Assembly (NCBI GenBank): GCA_040754175.1
Contig: JBFMFN010000013.1
Span: forward strand, 29,156 to 93,155
Reading direction: 5' to 3'
From: Pseudomonadota bacterium
Lineage (GTDB): Bacteria > Pseudomonadota > Gammaproteobacteria > Burkholderiales > Gallionellaceae
Length of the DNA: 64,000 nt
Positions 28,439 to 37,510 of the stretch are shown piece by piece (positions within the stretch are counted from its first letter, which is position 1; each line of letters starts with the position of its first letter). Made by a program: the position numbers and the translations under genes. The notes beneath the pieces were generated by a model that worked only from the letters and a program-made list of their open reading frames with translations, made no database searches and was not told where the DNA came from.

Positions 28439-29059
28439 ATGCAGCGCAAGCAACATTGGGAAAGTGTGTACCACAGCAAGGCGACCGACACGGTGAGCTG
28501 GTTCCAGCCGCATGCCGAACTGTCGCTGGATCTGATCCGCAACACCGGGGTCGGCAAACAGGCGGGCATCATCGATGTGGGTGGCGGTGCTTCCACGCTG
28601 GTGGACGACCTGCTGGCCGATGGCTATCTCGATCTCACCGTACTCGACCTGTCGCGCGCTGCGTTGGCGACCGCCCGACGCCGGCTGGGCGCACAGGAAC
28701 GCATGGTGCGCTGGATCGAGGCGGACATCACCGAAGTGGAGTTGCCACGCAAGCGTTACGACGTATGGCATGACCGTGCGGTGTTCCATTTCCTCACCAC
28801 GCCCGAGCAACGCGAGGCGTATGTGCAGACGGTGTTCCAGGCAGTGAAGCCGGGTGGCCATGTGATCGTCGCCACCTTCGCCGAGGATGGCCCGGAGCAG
28901 TGCAGCGGCTTGCCGGTGATGCGTTACCGGCCGGATGAATTGCATGATGAGTTCGGCGCGGCGTTCACCTTGCTGAAGCACCAGAAGGAAGCGCACCAAA
29001 CGCCGGCCGGCAAGGTGCAGCAGTTCGTCTATTGTTATTGCCGGCGCGCCGAGAGCTGA
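28439..29059 (+). CDS. Class I SAM-dependent methyltransferase
   Basis: IIDVGGGAS, VLDLS, YDVWHDRAVFHFL. Confidence 0.85.
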   Translation: MQRKQHWESVYHSKATDTVSWFQPHAELSLDLIRNTGVGKQAGIIDVGGGASTLVDDLLADGYLDLTVLDLSRAALATARRRLGAQERMVRWIEADITEVELPRKRYDVWHDRAVFHFLTTPEQREAYVQTVFQAVKPGGHVIVATFAEDGPEQCSGLPVMRYRPDELHDEFGAAFTLLKHQKEAHQTPAGKVQQFVYCYCRRAES

Positions 29060-29069
29060 CCGCGGTCGC

Positions 29070-29696
29070 TCACTTCTGTAGCAGGATGCGGCGGAACCAG
29101 CCGCCGGCCAGCGCGGCTTCGTCGCATACCACGTGCAGTTCCGGTGCGGCGCGCAGCACCTCCTCGAACACCACATCCATGCGCGTCGCCAGCCGGCGCG
29201 ACAGCGGGTTGAGCAGGCGGCGCAACGGGGCGCGCTGACCGGGTTGCAGGAATTTGTCGAACAGCAGGATGGTGCCGCCGGGTTTGAGCACGCGCGCCGC
29301 CTCGCTCAGCACGCGTTGCGGCTCCGGCACCACGGCCACGATCAGATGCAGCACCACATGGTCGAACTGCGCATCGGCGAACGGCAGCGCCATGCTGTCG
29401 CCCAGGACGAAATCCACGGCCACTTCCGTCTTGCGCGCCCGCGCGCGGGCCAGCATGCCGGCGTTGAAATCCAGCGCCGTGTAGCGATGGTGTGCCGGCA
29501 GGTGCGGCAGGTCGAGACCGGTGCCGGCGCCGCTGATGAGCACATGTTTCGTGCCGTCGTCGGGCAGGGCGGTGAGCGAGTCGCACCGTGCACTGCGCAT
29601 CGGACGTTCGATGACATAGTCGTACAGCGGTGCGATGAGGCTATAGCTCAGGCGCAGCAGCGGGTTCTGGCGGTGGGGTGTGTGCGGGGTGGTCAT
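29070..29696 (-). CDS. Class I SAM-dependent methyltransferase (PmtA-like)
   Basis: GAGTGLDL, LDFNAGML, GDSMALPFADAQFD, EAARVLKPGG. Confidence 0.8.
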   Translation of the reverse strand: MTTPHTPHRQNPLLRLSYSLIAPLYDYVIERPMRSARCDSLTALPDDGTKHVLISGAGTGLDLPHLPAHHRYTALDFNAGMLARARARKTEVAVDFVLGDSMALPFADAQFDHVVLHLIVAVVPEPQRVLSEAARVLKPGGTILLFDKFLQPGQRAPLRRLLNPLSRRLATRMDVVFEEVLRAAPELHVVCDEAALAGGWFRRILLQK

Positions 29697-29746
29697 GGGA
29701 GGTGCCCGCGTAGGGCGGGCATCCGCTGGATGCCCGGCCTGGACGA

Positions 29747-30256
29747 TCAGGCGACGGCGATGGCCGCGCTCTGGTTGCTATCGTTGCTGCTGTTGAGTTG
29801 CTGGTTCTTCTGGTACTGCGCCTGCATCAGCGCAGCCTGGGCGTTCTGGCTGCTGGCGCTGGCTTGCGGCGTCTGGCCGAACTGGGTCAGCGTGTCGGCG
29901 GGCGAACTGCCGTTCTGTGCCGCGTCGGTGTTCAGCGTGCCTTGTTCCTGGGTGATGGCATCCTGTGCGCTCCTCACCGCATCGCGCGCGGCCTGTTCGG
30001 TGTCGCTGCTGCCGGATTGCGGCACGGCTTGCTGGAACTGGGTGAGCAGGCCGGACGCGTTATAGGTGAGCGCGGAGCTGGAAGCATTGCGGTCGTTGCT
30101 GGTCAGCGTGGCGATGACGGAACTCTGCGCATTGGCGGCCTGTTCCTGGGTGTTCTGTTTCTGCTGTGCGGCGGCGGTCGCGTTGGCGTCGCTGAGCTGT
30201 GCGCTTTGCGAATAGCTGTTCAGGCTGTTGGCGGAAAGACCGGGGATGGTGGCCAT
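29747..30256 (-). CDS. Hypothetical low-complexity A/Q/S/N/T-rich protein
   Basis: 169-aa ORF with AAGGAG RBS and a plausible upstream promoter; no recognisable domain. Confidence 0.75.
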   Translation of the reverse strand: MATIPGLSANSLNSYSQSAQLSDANATAAAQQKQNTQEQAANAQSSVIATLTSNDRNASSSALTYNASGLLTQFQQAVPQSGSSDTEQAARDAVRSAQDAITQEQGTLNTDAAQNGSSPADTLTQFGQTPQASASSQNAQAALMQAQYQKNQQLNSSNDSNQSAAIAVA

Positions 30257-30289
30257 GGTGCGCTCCTTGCGATTGCGGGTACGGGGTGC

Positions 30290-30318
30290 ATTCTACGACG
30301 CCGTCCGGCGTGCGCCAA
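30290..30318 (-). promoter_or_regulatory. Putative sigma70 promoter of the A/Q/S-rich gene
   Basis: Minus strand TTGGCG-17 nt-TAGAAT. Confidence 0.45.
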
Positions 30319-30325
30319 CCTTCAC

Positions 30326-31225
30326 TTAAAGGGGGCGGATGCCGGGGATCTTGGCCATCCGCACCGCTTCGGCCAGCACCTCGATGGCTTGCGGCCGGGC
30401 AAAGCTCTTGCGCCAGGCCAGCGCGATGCGGCGCGAGGGGGCCGGCTGGGTGAACGGCACCACGCTGAGCAGCTTGCTGCGATAGCGCGCACTGTTGGCC
30501 GAGGCCGGCAACACCGTGATACCGAGACCGGAAGCCACCATGTTGCGCAGGGTCTCCAGCGAGGTGCCGTGCTGGATGTCGTCGCGCTTGCGGCTGTCCG
30601 GGCAGGCCTCGGCCACCTGGTTGCTGTAGCAATGGCCGGAATCCAGCAGCAGTACTTTCTCCTGCGCCAGTTCGGCGGGGCGGATGCTGCGCCGTTTGGC
30701 CAGCCGGTGCTCGTTACCCACCACCACCTGGAACGGTTCGTCGTACAGCGAGCGGGTGAGCAGCTTGCCGTCGCCGTAGGGCAGCGCGATGAGGATGGCA
30801 TCCAGCTTGCCGTTGCGCAGCAGCGTGTCGAGGTTGGCGGTGATGTTCTCTTCCACTTCCAGCGCCATGCCGGGCGCGAGTTTCTTCAGTGCCGGGATGA
30901 GGTCGGGCAGTAGATAAGGGCCGACGCTGTGGATGACGCCGAGACGCAGCGGCGCCGCCAGCTGGTCGCTGCCCGCAGCGGCGATGGTGCCGATGCGCGC
31001 CGCTTCTTCCAGTACGCGCTGCGCCTGTTCCACGATGGCCGCCCCCACCGGCGTGGCACTCACTTCGGTCTTGCTGCGCTCGAAGATCTTCACGCCGAGC
31101 TCGTCTTCCAGTTTCTGGATGGCCAGCGAGAGCGCGGGTTGGCTGATGAAGCATCGCTCGGCGGCGCGACGGAAATTGCGTTCCTGGGCGACGGCGACGA
31201 TGAAGCGCAGTTCATTGAGGGTCAT
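30326..31225 (-). CDS. oxyR: Hydrogen-peroxide-sensing LysR regulator OxyR
   Basis: LysR HTH (NFRRAAERCFISQPALS); GHCYSNQVAEAC carries both redox cysteines at OxyR C199/C208 spacing; divergent from peroxide-defence genes. Confidence 0.85.
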   Translation of the reverse strand: MTLNELRFIVAVAQERNFRRAAERCFISQPALSLAIQKLEDELGVKIFERSKTEVSATPVGAAIVEQAQRVLEEAARIGTIAAAGSDQLAAPLRLGVIHSVGPYLLPDLIPALKKLAPGMALEVEENITANLDTLLRNGKLDAILIALPYGDGKLLTRSLYDEPFQVVVGNEHRLAKRRSIRPAELAQEKVLLLDSGHCYSNQVAEACPDSRKRDDIQHGTSLETLRNMVASGLGITVLPASANSARYRSKLLSVVPFTQPAPSRRIALAWRKSFARPQAIEVLAEAVRMAKIPGIRPL

Positions 31226-31353
31226 GGTTTCCTCCTTGTGATTTGGATAATAAATCACCATTGCAAGAACAATCAATTGGATTGATGTCGTGCGCATCAC
31301 TAGATTGGCAACCGTGGCTGTGAGGCCACCGTCAACCAACCAAGGAGAGCATC

Positions 31354-31827
31354 ATGTCACGACCGGAGATCAAGACACGCGCCAACCTGGAAGCCGCCCT
31401 GGCCGGCGAATCCATGGCGCATACCAAATACCGCTACTTTGCCGCGATCGCCCGCGCCGAAGGCAACGAGGAAGTGGCGCGTGTGTTCGAGGAGACCGCG
31501 GCACAGGAAGTGCAGCATGCGTTGGGCCATCTCGATCTGCTGTATCCGAAGAGCGAGATGACCACCGAGCGCTGCTTGCAGATGGCGATCGCGGGCGAGA
31601 CCTACGAATACACCGAGATGTATCCGGGCTTCCTCAAGACCGCGCAGCAGGAAGGGCAAGCTGCGGCCGCAACGGAGATCAAGGAACAGATCGCGGAATC
31701 GCAGGAACATGCCGAGATGTTCAAGGCCACGCTGGAGAAAGCTGCCAAGCGTTTCGCCGCACTGGCCAAGGTGGAAGAACGTCATGCCAACCAGTACCGC
31801 GCCGCTTTGGCCAAGGTCACGGTTTAA
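31354..31827 (+). CDS. Rubrerythrin (ferritin-like diiron domain only, no fused rubredoxin)
   Basis: [45 protein letters not shown]. Confidence 0.85.
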   Translation: MSRPEIKTRANLEAALAGESMAHTKYRYFAAIARAEGNEEVARVFEETAAQEVQHALGHLDLLYPKSEMTTERCLQMAIAGETYEYTEMYPGFLKTAQQEGQAAAATEIKEQIAESQEHAEMFKATLEKAAKRFAALAKVEERHANQYRAALAKVTV

Positions 31828-31853
31828 CCCGACAGTCGCTACAGGAGGACATC

Positions 31854-32018
31854 ATGAAAGTATGGCAATGTGTAGTGTGTGGTTTCATCTATGACGAAGC
31901 GGCGGGATTGCCCGAGGAAGGCATCGCTGCCGGTACCCGCTGGGTGGATATCCCGGAAGACTGGGCGTGTCCGGACTGCGGCGTGGCCAAGGCCGATTTC
32001 GAGATGGTCGAGGTCTGA
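31854..32018 (+). CDS. Rubredoxin
   Basis: [25 protein letters not shown]; AGGAGG RBS. Confidence 0.93.
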   Translation: MKVWQCVVCGFIYDEAAGLPEEGIAAGTRWVDIPEDWACPDCGVAKADFEMVEV

Positions 32019-32027
32019 GCGGAGGGC

Positions 32028-33191
32028 ATGATCATGGCACCCGTCGTTGTTATCGGCAGCGGCCTGGCCGCCTACAGCGTGATCCGTGAATTACGCAAAC
32101 TGGAGCGCGACCTCCCGCTGACCTTGGTGACGTGCGATAACGGGGACTATTACTCCAAGCCCATGCTGTCCAACGCACTGGCGCAAGGCAAGGATGCCGC
32201 CGGTCTGGTGTTGACCCCGGCGGCGGAGATGGCCGCGCAATGGAACTTCACCTTGCGCAAGCAATGCCGCGTGGAGGCCATCGATACCGTCGGCAAGCGC
32301 ATATCGACCACGCAGGGAGAGCTGGCCTACAGTCGTCTGGTGTTGGCGCTGGGAGCCGATCCGATACGCCTGCCGTTGCTGGGCGATGCGGCGGAGGCGG
32401 TGATGTCGGTCAACGATATCGACGACTATGCGCGGCTGCACCAGGCGATGCGCGGTGTGCGGCACATCACCATCCTGGGCGGTGGGTTGATCGGGTGCGA
32501 GTTCGCCAACGATTGGGCTGCGGCAGGCTACGCTGTCAGCGTCATCGATCCCGGCGCCTATCCGCTCGCCAGCCTGATGCCGGAGCGTGCCGGCGCGCAA
32601 TTGCTCGCGCCGCTGGCGCAGCTCGGGGTGGACTGGCGTTTCGGTCGCGCGGTCAGCCAGGTCGAGCATGCGCCCGCGGGCTATCGGCTGACATTGACCG
32701 ACGGCTCGCATTTGCATACCGGGCTGGTGTTGTCCGCGGTCGGCTTGCGGCCACGCATCGCCCTGGCACAGGCCGCCGGGCTGGCGGTGGGGCGCGGCAT
32801 CCAGGTGGATGCGGCCTGGCGCAGCAGTGTCGCGGACGTGTATGCACTGGGCGATTGTGCCGAACTGCAGGGGCGGGTGCTGCCATTCGTGCAGCCGATC
32901 CTGCATGCCGCACGCGCCTTGGCGCAGACCTTGTGCGGTCGCGAGATGCGTGTGGATTTGCCCGCCATGCCGGTGGTGGTGAAGACGCCGGCACACCCGC
33001 TGGTGACGATGCCGGTGGCGCGGGAAGTTCACGGGGCATGGCGCGTGCTGGAGGACGACGGCGGCGTGAAGATGGGTTTCTTCGATGCCGACGATGTGTT
33101 GCGCGGCTTCGTGTTGAGCGGACGGCATGCCAGCGCGCGGGTGGAAATGACGCGGCATGTCGGACAGCGGCTGCCAAGCGCGGTAACATGA
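32028..33191 (+). CDS. NAD(P)H:rubredoxin reductase (FAD-dependent oxidoreductase)
   Basis: VIGSGLAA, YYSKPMLS, ILGGGLIGCEFA, VYALGDCA, VVVKTP; follows rubredoxin. Confidence 0.85.
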   Translation: MIMAPVVVIGSGLAAYSVIRELRKLERDLPLTLVTCDNGDYYSKPMLSNALAQGKDAAGLVLTPAAEMAAQWNFTLRKQCRVEAIDTVGKRISTTQGELAYSRLVLALGADPIRLPLLGDAAEAVMSVNDIDDYARLHQAMRGVRHITILGGGLIGCEFANDWAAAGYAVSVIDPGAYPLASLMPERAGAQLLAPLAQLGVDWRFGRAVSQVEHAPAGYRLTLTDGSHLHTGLVLSAVGLRPRIALAQAAGLAVGRGIQVDAAWRSSVADVYALGDCAELQGRVLPFVQPILHAARALAQTLCGREMRVDLPAMPVVVKTPAHPLVTMPVAREVHGAWRVLEDDGGVKMGFFDADDVLRGFVLSGRHASARVEMTRHVGQRLPSAVT

Positions 33192-33252
33192 AAGCCCGGC
33201 ATCCGTTATCGCCACATGGTTCACCACTTCATTCAATGAAAGGAGCACGATC

Positions 33253-33735
33253 ATGAGCAAGACATCCGCCATCAATATCGGCATCAGCGACAAGGACCGC
33301 AAGAAAGTCGCGGAAGGCCTGTCGCGCATGCTGGCCGATACCTACACCCTCTACCTCAAGACGCATAACTTCCATTGGAACGTCACCGGTCCCATGTTCC
33401 AGACCTTGCACCTGATGTTCATGACGCAGTACACCGAAATCTGGAACGCGGTGGATCTGGTGGCCGAACGCATCCGTGCGTTGGGCCATCCCGCTCCGGG
33501 CAGTTACCAGGAGTTCGCCGCCTTGACCCGCATCAAGGACAGCGCGGGCACCATCCCGGCCAAGGAGATGATCAGGCAATTGGTGGAAGGGCAGGAGACC
33601 GTGGTGCGCACCGCGCGCGAAGTGCTGCCCATCGCCGAGAAGGCAGGCGACCAGCCGACTGTCGACCTGCTCTCCGCCCGCATGGAAGTGCATGAAAAAA
33701 ACGCGTGGATGTTACGCAGTCTGTTGGAAGAGTAA
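33253..33735 (+). CDS. dps: Dps DNA-protection ferritin-like protein
   Basis: KTHNFHWNVTGPMF..LH..F, DLVAERIRALG, HEKNAWML. Confidence 0.92.
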   Translation: MSKTSAINIGISDKDRKKVAEGLSRMLADTYTLYLKTHNFHWNVTGPMFQTLHLMFMTQYTEIWNAVDLVAERIRALGHPAPGSYQEFAALTRIKDSAGTIPAKEMIRQLVEGQETVVRTAREVLPIAEKAGDQPTVDLLSARMEVHEKNAWMLRSLLEE

Positions 33736-33871
33736 CCGGAATCATGAGTACTGCTGTGCTCACGTGTTCTTTCGGTGAAGGCTAACGTCGCGGTTCATGC
33801 GACGTTATGCCGGAGCCAAAAGGTGGCGGCTCAGCAATCCGGAACGAGCTTCCTGCGTCGCCGGTGCAGTG

Positions 33872-34171
33872 CTATGCGCTGAACAGGTAGACCAGCGCCA
33901 GGAACAGCAGGTTGGCTGCGATATACAGCCGCCGTGCGAGGCGGGTGCCTTCGACGTTGTAGAACAGGGCGAACGGCATCAGCCATATGCAATGTCCCAG
34001 CGCCTGGATCACCTGGATGTAGCGCGGCAGCCCGTTGGTATTGTGGCTGACCAGGACAGCGCAGCCTGCAATGAGGGTGAGTACCAGCAGCGCATTGGGC
34101 CAGGTGAACAGCACACCGGGTCTGTCCGGCGCATCGTCACTGGGTTGCGGTTTCCCTGCATCGGCGGTCAC
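33872..34171 (-). CDS. Hypothetical small membrane protein
   Basis: 99-aa ORF with three hydrophobic segments; no family recognised. Confidence 0.5.
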   Translation of the reverse strand: MTADAGKPQPSDDAPDRPGVLFTWPNALLVLTLIAGCAVLVSHNTNGLPRYIQVIQALGHCIWLMPFALFYNVEGTRLARRLYIAANLLFLALVYLFSA

Positions 34172-34213
34172 ATCATCTTCCCGGAAAGATCCCGGTAACG
34201 GCGGCCAGCGCGC

Positions 34214-34495
34214 TCAGGCCACATGATGTTTGGTGATGACCTTGCCGGTATAGGCGTCGATCAATACCTGATGCGTGGTCTCGCCACGCCGGATGTGCAC
34301 CTGATAGCAGGCATCGGTGGCCACGGCGGGCGTGGCGGCCAGTGTGCCGGCGGGCGCCCCCTTCAACTGGCTCACCGTGATGACGGTGCGGCTGAACAAA
34401 TCCTCTTCGCGTTCGCGGTCTTCCTGGGCGAAAGCTACGGTGGCGGTCAGGGCGATCACCCCGGCGGCGGTGGGCAGTATCTTGGCTAGTTTCAT
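34214..34495 (-). CDS. Small secreted PepSY-domain protein
   Basis: Signal peptide ending ATVAFA; C-terminal YQVHI..QVLIDAYTGKVI PepSY signature. Confidence 0.7.
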   Translation of the reverse strand: MKLAKILPTAAGVIALTATVAFAQEDREREEDLFSRTVITVSQLKGAPAGTLAATPAVATDACYQVHIRRGETTHQVLIDAYTGKVITKHHVA

Positions 34496-34579
34496 GGCAT
34501 CCCTTTCCTGGTTCTGGGTTCTTGTGCCGGCGCGCGAGGCGCCCGTCGCAGGTCATGGATGCGCAGGACGCGAAATAGT

Positions 34580-35293
34580 TCAGTCGATGTCGTCGTTATC
34601 GCTGTTCGACTCCGGAGGCACCTTGGGGGCACGGTCGTGTTTGTACAGCAGCGGCACCAGGCCGAGCGTGGCCAGCAGCATCAGTCCGGGCCCGAACAGC
34701 CAGAACACCAGCGGTACGCAATAGTAGTAGGTGCGCATGCCGATGCTGTAGTACTTGCCGGCGGAGTTGAGGTGGGCTGCCACGTGGTTGGCGGTGAGCG
34801 AACGGTGGTTCAGGCTGAGCGGCACGTTGATGAGGAAACCGACGTGGTTGTAGATGCGGATCGCCATCGAGAAGCTGAAGAAAGCCACGAACAGGTTGAT
34901 GAGCAGCAGCAGCAGCTTGAACAGCCACAGATCGGGATGGTTGGAGCCGGAGCTGTTCAGCACCTGCCAGGCGCCGCCCTGGTGCTGTCCGCTCAACGTG
35001 AGCACGCCCATGATGAACAGCACGGCGGTGGAGGCGAGCAGGGTGGCGGCCATGGTCGAGTTGCGCAGGGTCTGCACCGAGATCACGTCCGGCTTGCCCA
35101 GCTCCATCAGCGTCTTCACCCACAGTCGGCGTGCGGTGCGGTTGACCGCCTGTACCGTGTAGTGCGGGTCCTTGCGTACCTTGTGGCGCAGGTAGATGTG
35201 GTACAGCGTGAGTATCGCCACCGAGGCCAGGAAACACAGGATGTCGCTTTGGAAGGTGTGATACCAGCTGATGAATGCGTCGAGATTGAACAT
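34580..35293 (-). CDS. DUF599 family membrane protein
   Basis: VQTLRNSTMAATLLAST, FFSFSMAIR.YNH, RTYYYCVPLVFWLFGP. Confidence 0.82.
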   Translation of the reverse strand: MFNLDAFISWYHTFQSDILCFLASVAILTLYHIYLRHKVRKDPHYTVQAVNRTARRLWVKTLMELGKPDVISVQTLRNSTMAATLLASTAVLFIMGVLTLSGQHQGGAWQVLNSSGSNHPDLWLFKLLLLLINLFVAFFSFSMAIRIYNHVGFLINVPLSLNHRSLTANHVAAHLNSAGKYYSIGMRTYYYCVPLVFWLFGPGLMLLATLGLVPLLYKHDRAPKVPPESNSDNDDID

Positions 35294-35382
35294 GGCTACT
35301 CCGATCTGGCGTGATTGTAGGGGCTATCTGGTGAAATCACCGTGAGCAAATGGTTTTGGTTGGGTGAAATGGGCGATATGCT

Positions 35383-36246
35383 TCAGTACGGCAGATAATC
35401 GCCCACCAGCCCCGTGAACACGGCCGCCCCGAACCAGTTGTTGTGCAGGAAGGCGGCGAAGCAACGCTCACGCTGCCGGTCCTTGATCAGGGTGTAGTGG
35501 TGCAGCGCCACACCGGCGGCGGCCAACAACCCCAGATAGAACACGACTCCCAAGCCCGCCATCGCTCCGGCCAGCGCCAGTAGCCCCAGCGTGGCGGCGT
35601 AGCAGGCCATCACGGCGGCCACGTCGAAACGCCCGAACAACAGCGCCGAGGAATGGATGCCGAGATGGATATCGTCGTCGCGGTCCACCATGGCGTATTC
35701 GGTGTCGTAGGCGATGGACCAGCACACATTGGCGGCGAGCAGCACCCAGGCCACCGGCGGCACGTGGCCCAGCTGTGCGGCGAAGGCCATGGGGATGCCG
35801 AAGCCGAAGGCGATGCCGAGATAGGCCTGCGGGATGGCGAAGAAGCGTTTGGTGAACGGGTAACTGGCGGCCAGGAAGGCAGCCGGGAAGGCCAGCACCC
35901 AGGTCAGCGGATGCAGCGGCACGATCAATGCGAAGGCAAGCAGCGCCAGCACCACCGCCAGCCACACCGTCTCGCGTTCGCTCACCTTGCCGCTGGTGAG
36001 CGGGCGTTCCCTGGTGCGCTGCACATGCTTGTCGATATGGCGGTCGGCATAGTCGTTGATGGCGCAACCGGCGGAGCGCATCAGCACCGTGCCCAGTGTG
36101 AAGATGGCCACGATGAGCCAGTCCGGCCGGCCGGCACCCGCGATCCACACCCCCCACAAGGTGGGCCATAGCAACAGCAGGATGCCGATCGGGCGGTGCA
36201 GGCGGGTGAGCTGGATGTAGAGCTGGAGACGTTCGCGGATCCTCAT
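35383..36246 (-). CDS. ubiA: 4-hydroxybenzoate octaprenyltransferase
   Basis: [51 protein letters not shown]. Confidence 0.93.
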   Translation of the reverse strand: MRIRERLQLYIQLTRLHRPIGILLLLWPTLWGVWIAGAGRPDWLIVAIFTLGTVLMRSAGCAINDYADRHIDKHVQRTRERPLTSGKVSERETVWLAVVLALLAFALIVPLHPLTWVLAFPAAFLAASYPFTKRFFAIPQAYLGIAFGFGIPMAFAAQLGHVPPVAWVLLAANVCWSIAYDTEYAMVDRDDDIHLGIHSSALLFGRFDVAAVMACYAATLGLLALAGAMAGLGVVFYLGLLAAAGVALHHYTLIKDRQRERCFAAFLHNNWFGAAVFTGLVGDYLPY

Positions 36247-36285
36247 GGACGCGATTCTACCTGTCGCGCGCACCACGCGCAGTGC

Positions 36286-37140
36286 TCAGTCGAGCAGCCG
36301 GTTGGCATAGCGGCTCTGTGCCTCGATGCGGCTGAACAGCTCCTGGCTGCCGTTGTCCCACACCAGGTCGAGGCGACGGCAGGCAGCGGCGGACAGGTGG
36401 GTCACCTGGTTGTGCCGGTAGCCGGGCAGTTCCAGCGCGTGGCTGAGTACTTCCGCGACATGTACCAGCGCGGTCAGTGCATCGTCATCGGCTAGCTCCG
36501 GGGTGTGGTGGCGATGGATCGCCAGACAGGCCCATTGCGGCAGGCGCCAGTGTTCGGCCAGCCACAGGCCGATGGTGGCGTGGTCGCAGCCCAGCAGTTC
36601 CTGTTCCATTTGGGTGATGTCGCGCTTGAGGCGCGCCGCGCTGTCCAGCGCCTGCATGAAGCGTTCGCTTTCGAAACGCAACAGCCACAAGCGCCCGATG
36701 TCGTGCAGCAAGCCGGTGATGGCCGCCGTCTCGGGTGGCACCGGGGCATCGACGAATTGCGCCAGTTCACGGCAACAGGCGGAGACCGCGATGCTGTGGC
36801 GGATGAAATCGCGATGCACCGTCGCGGCGTCATCCCCGCACAGCTTGGGGAAGCAGCAGGTGATGGCGATGCTGCGTACCGACTCCAGGCCGATCATCGA
36901 GATGGCGGTATGCAGGTCCTCGATGGGGCGCTGGTGGCGCGCATGCAGTGCCGCCGCATTGGCCATGGACACCACGCGGCTGGTGATCAGCGGATCGAGG
37001 CGGATCTCTTCAGCGAGTGCCGCCAGATTGGCTTCCGGATCGTCGATGCTCTCCAGGATGCGGAAGATGATAGTGGGCAGGCCCGGCAACTCGTGGCTGC
37101 TCTGCAACACCTGCTCACGGCTGATGGGGGCGATGGTCAT
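36286..37140 (-). CDS. HDOD domain protein
   Basis: LPGLPTI, IRLDPLITSRVVSMAN, TGLLHDIGRLWL, HATIGLWLAEHWRLP. Confidence 0.85.
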   Translation of the reverse strand: MTIAPISREQVLQSSHELPGLPTIIFRILESIDDPEANLAALAEEIRLDPLITSRVVSMANAAALHARHQRPIEDLHTAISMIGLESVRSIAITCCFPKLCGDDAATVHRDFIRHSIAVSACCRELAQFVDAPVPPETAAITGLLHDIGRLWLLRFESERFMQALDSAARLKRDITQMEQELLGCDHATIGLWLAEHWRLPQWACLAIHRHHTPELADDDALTALVHVAEVLSHALELPGYRHNQVTHLSAAACRRLDLVWDNGSQELFSRIEAQSRYANRLLD

Positions 37141-37466
37141 GGTGCACTCCGGTAGAGCAGCAGCTGGGTGTACAACGCGCCCAGTGTGGGATCTTGCAGC
37201 GGTGCGCCTGCGAAGATGGCGTTCACGCGTTGCATGGCCGCTTCGCGGTCGGCCTTCTTCTGTTCCGGCGTGCGCAGGTCGGGCTGGTGGATGGCGATGT
37301 ATTCGGCACCATGCGCGATCAGCTGTTCGATCGAGCCCTGCGTCAACTCATGGCCGGCGGCGAAGGACAGTGTCAGCCGACCATGGCGGATCAGCTGGAT
37401 GGGCGCAGCCAGGCGCATGCCGGCTTGCGCCTCGAACAGCGGGATGTAGCGCAACAGCTTGTTCAT
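37137..37466 (-). CDS. Hypothetical protein coupled to HDOD gene (resembles the small N-terminal beta-domain of HD-GYP proteins)
   Basis: ATGA overlap with HDOD gene; AQAGMRLAAP..G.LT..I..L..G pattern. Confidence 0.6.
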   Translation of the reverse strand: MNKLLRYIPLFEAQAGMRLAAPIQLIRHGRLTLSFAAGHELTQGSIEQLIAHGAEYIAIHQPDLRTPEQKKADREAAMQRVNAIFAGAPLQDPTLGALYTQLLLYRSAP

Positions 37467-37510
37467 CGTCCCCCCCCTGTGGCGTCTGGCGCCACTTTAA
37501 CGTGCTGCGT

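Noticed and set aside
30300-30328. Sigma28 promoter (TAAG-N15-GCCG) for the A/Q/S-rich gene
   Set aside because: The -10 matches only GCCG, and an overlapping sigma70 pair fits better
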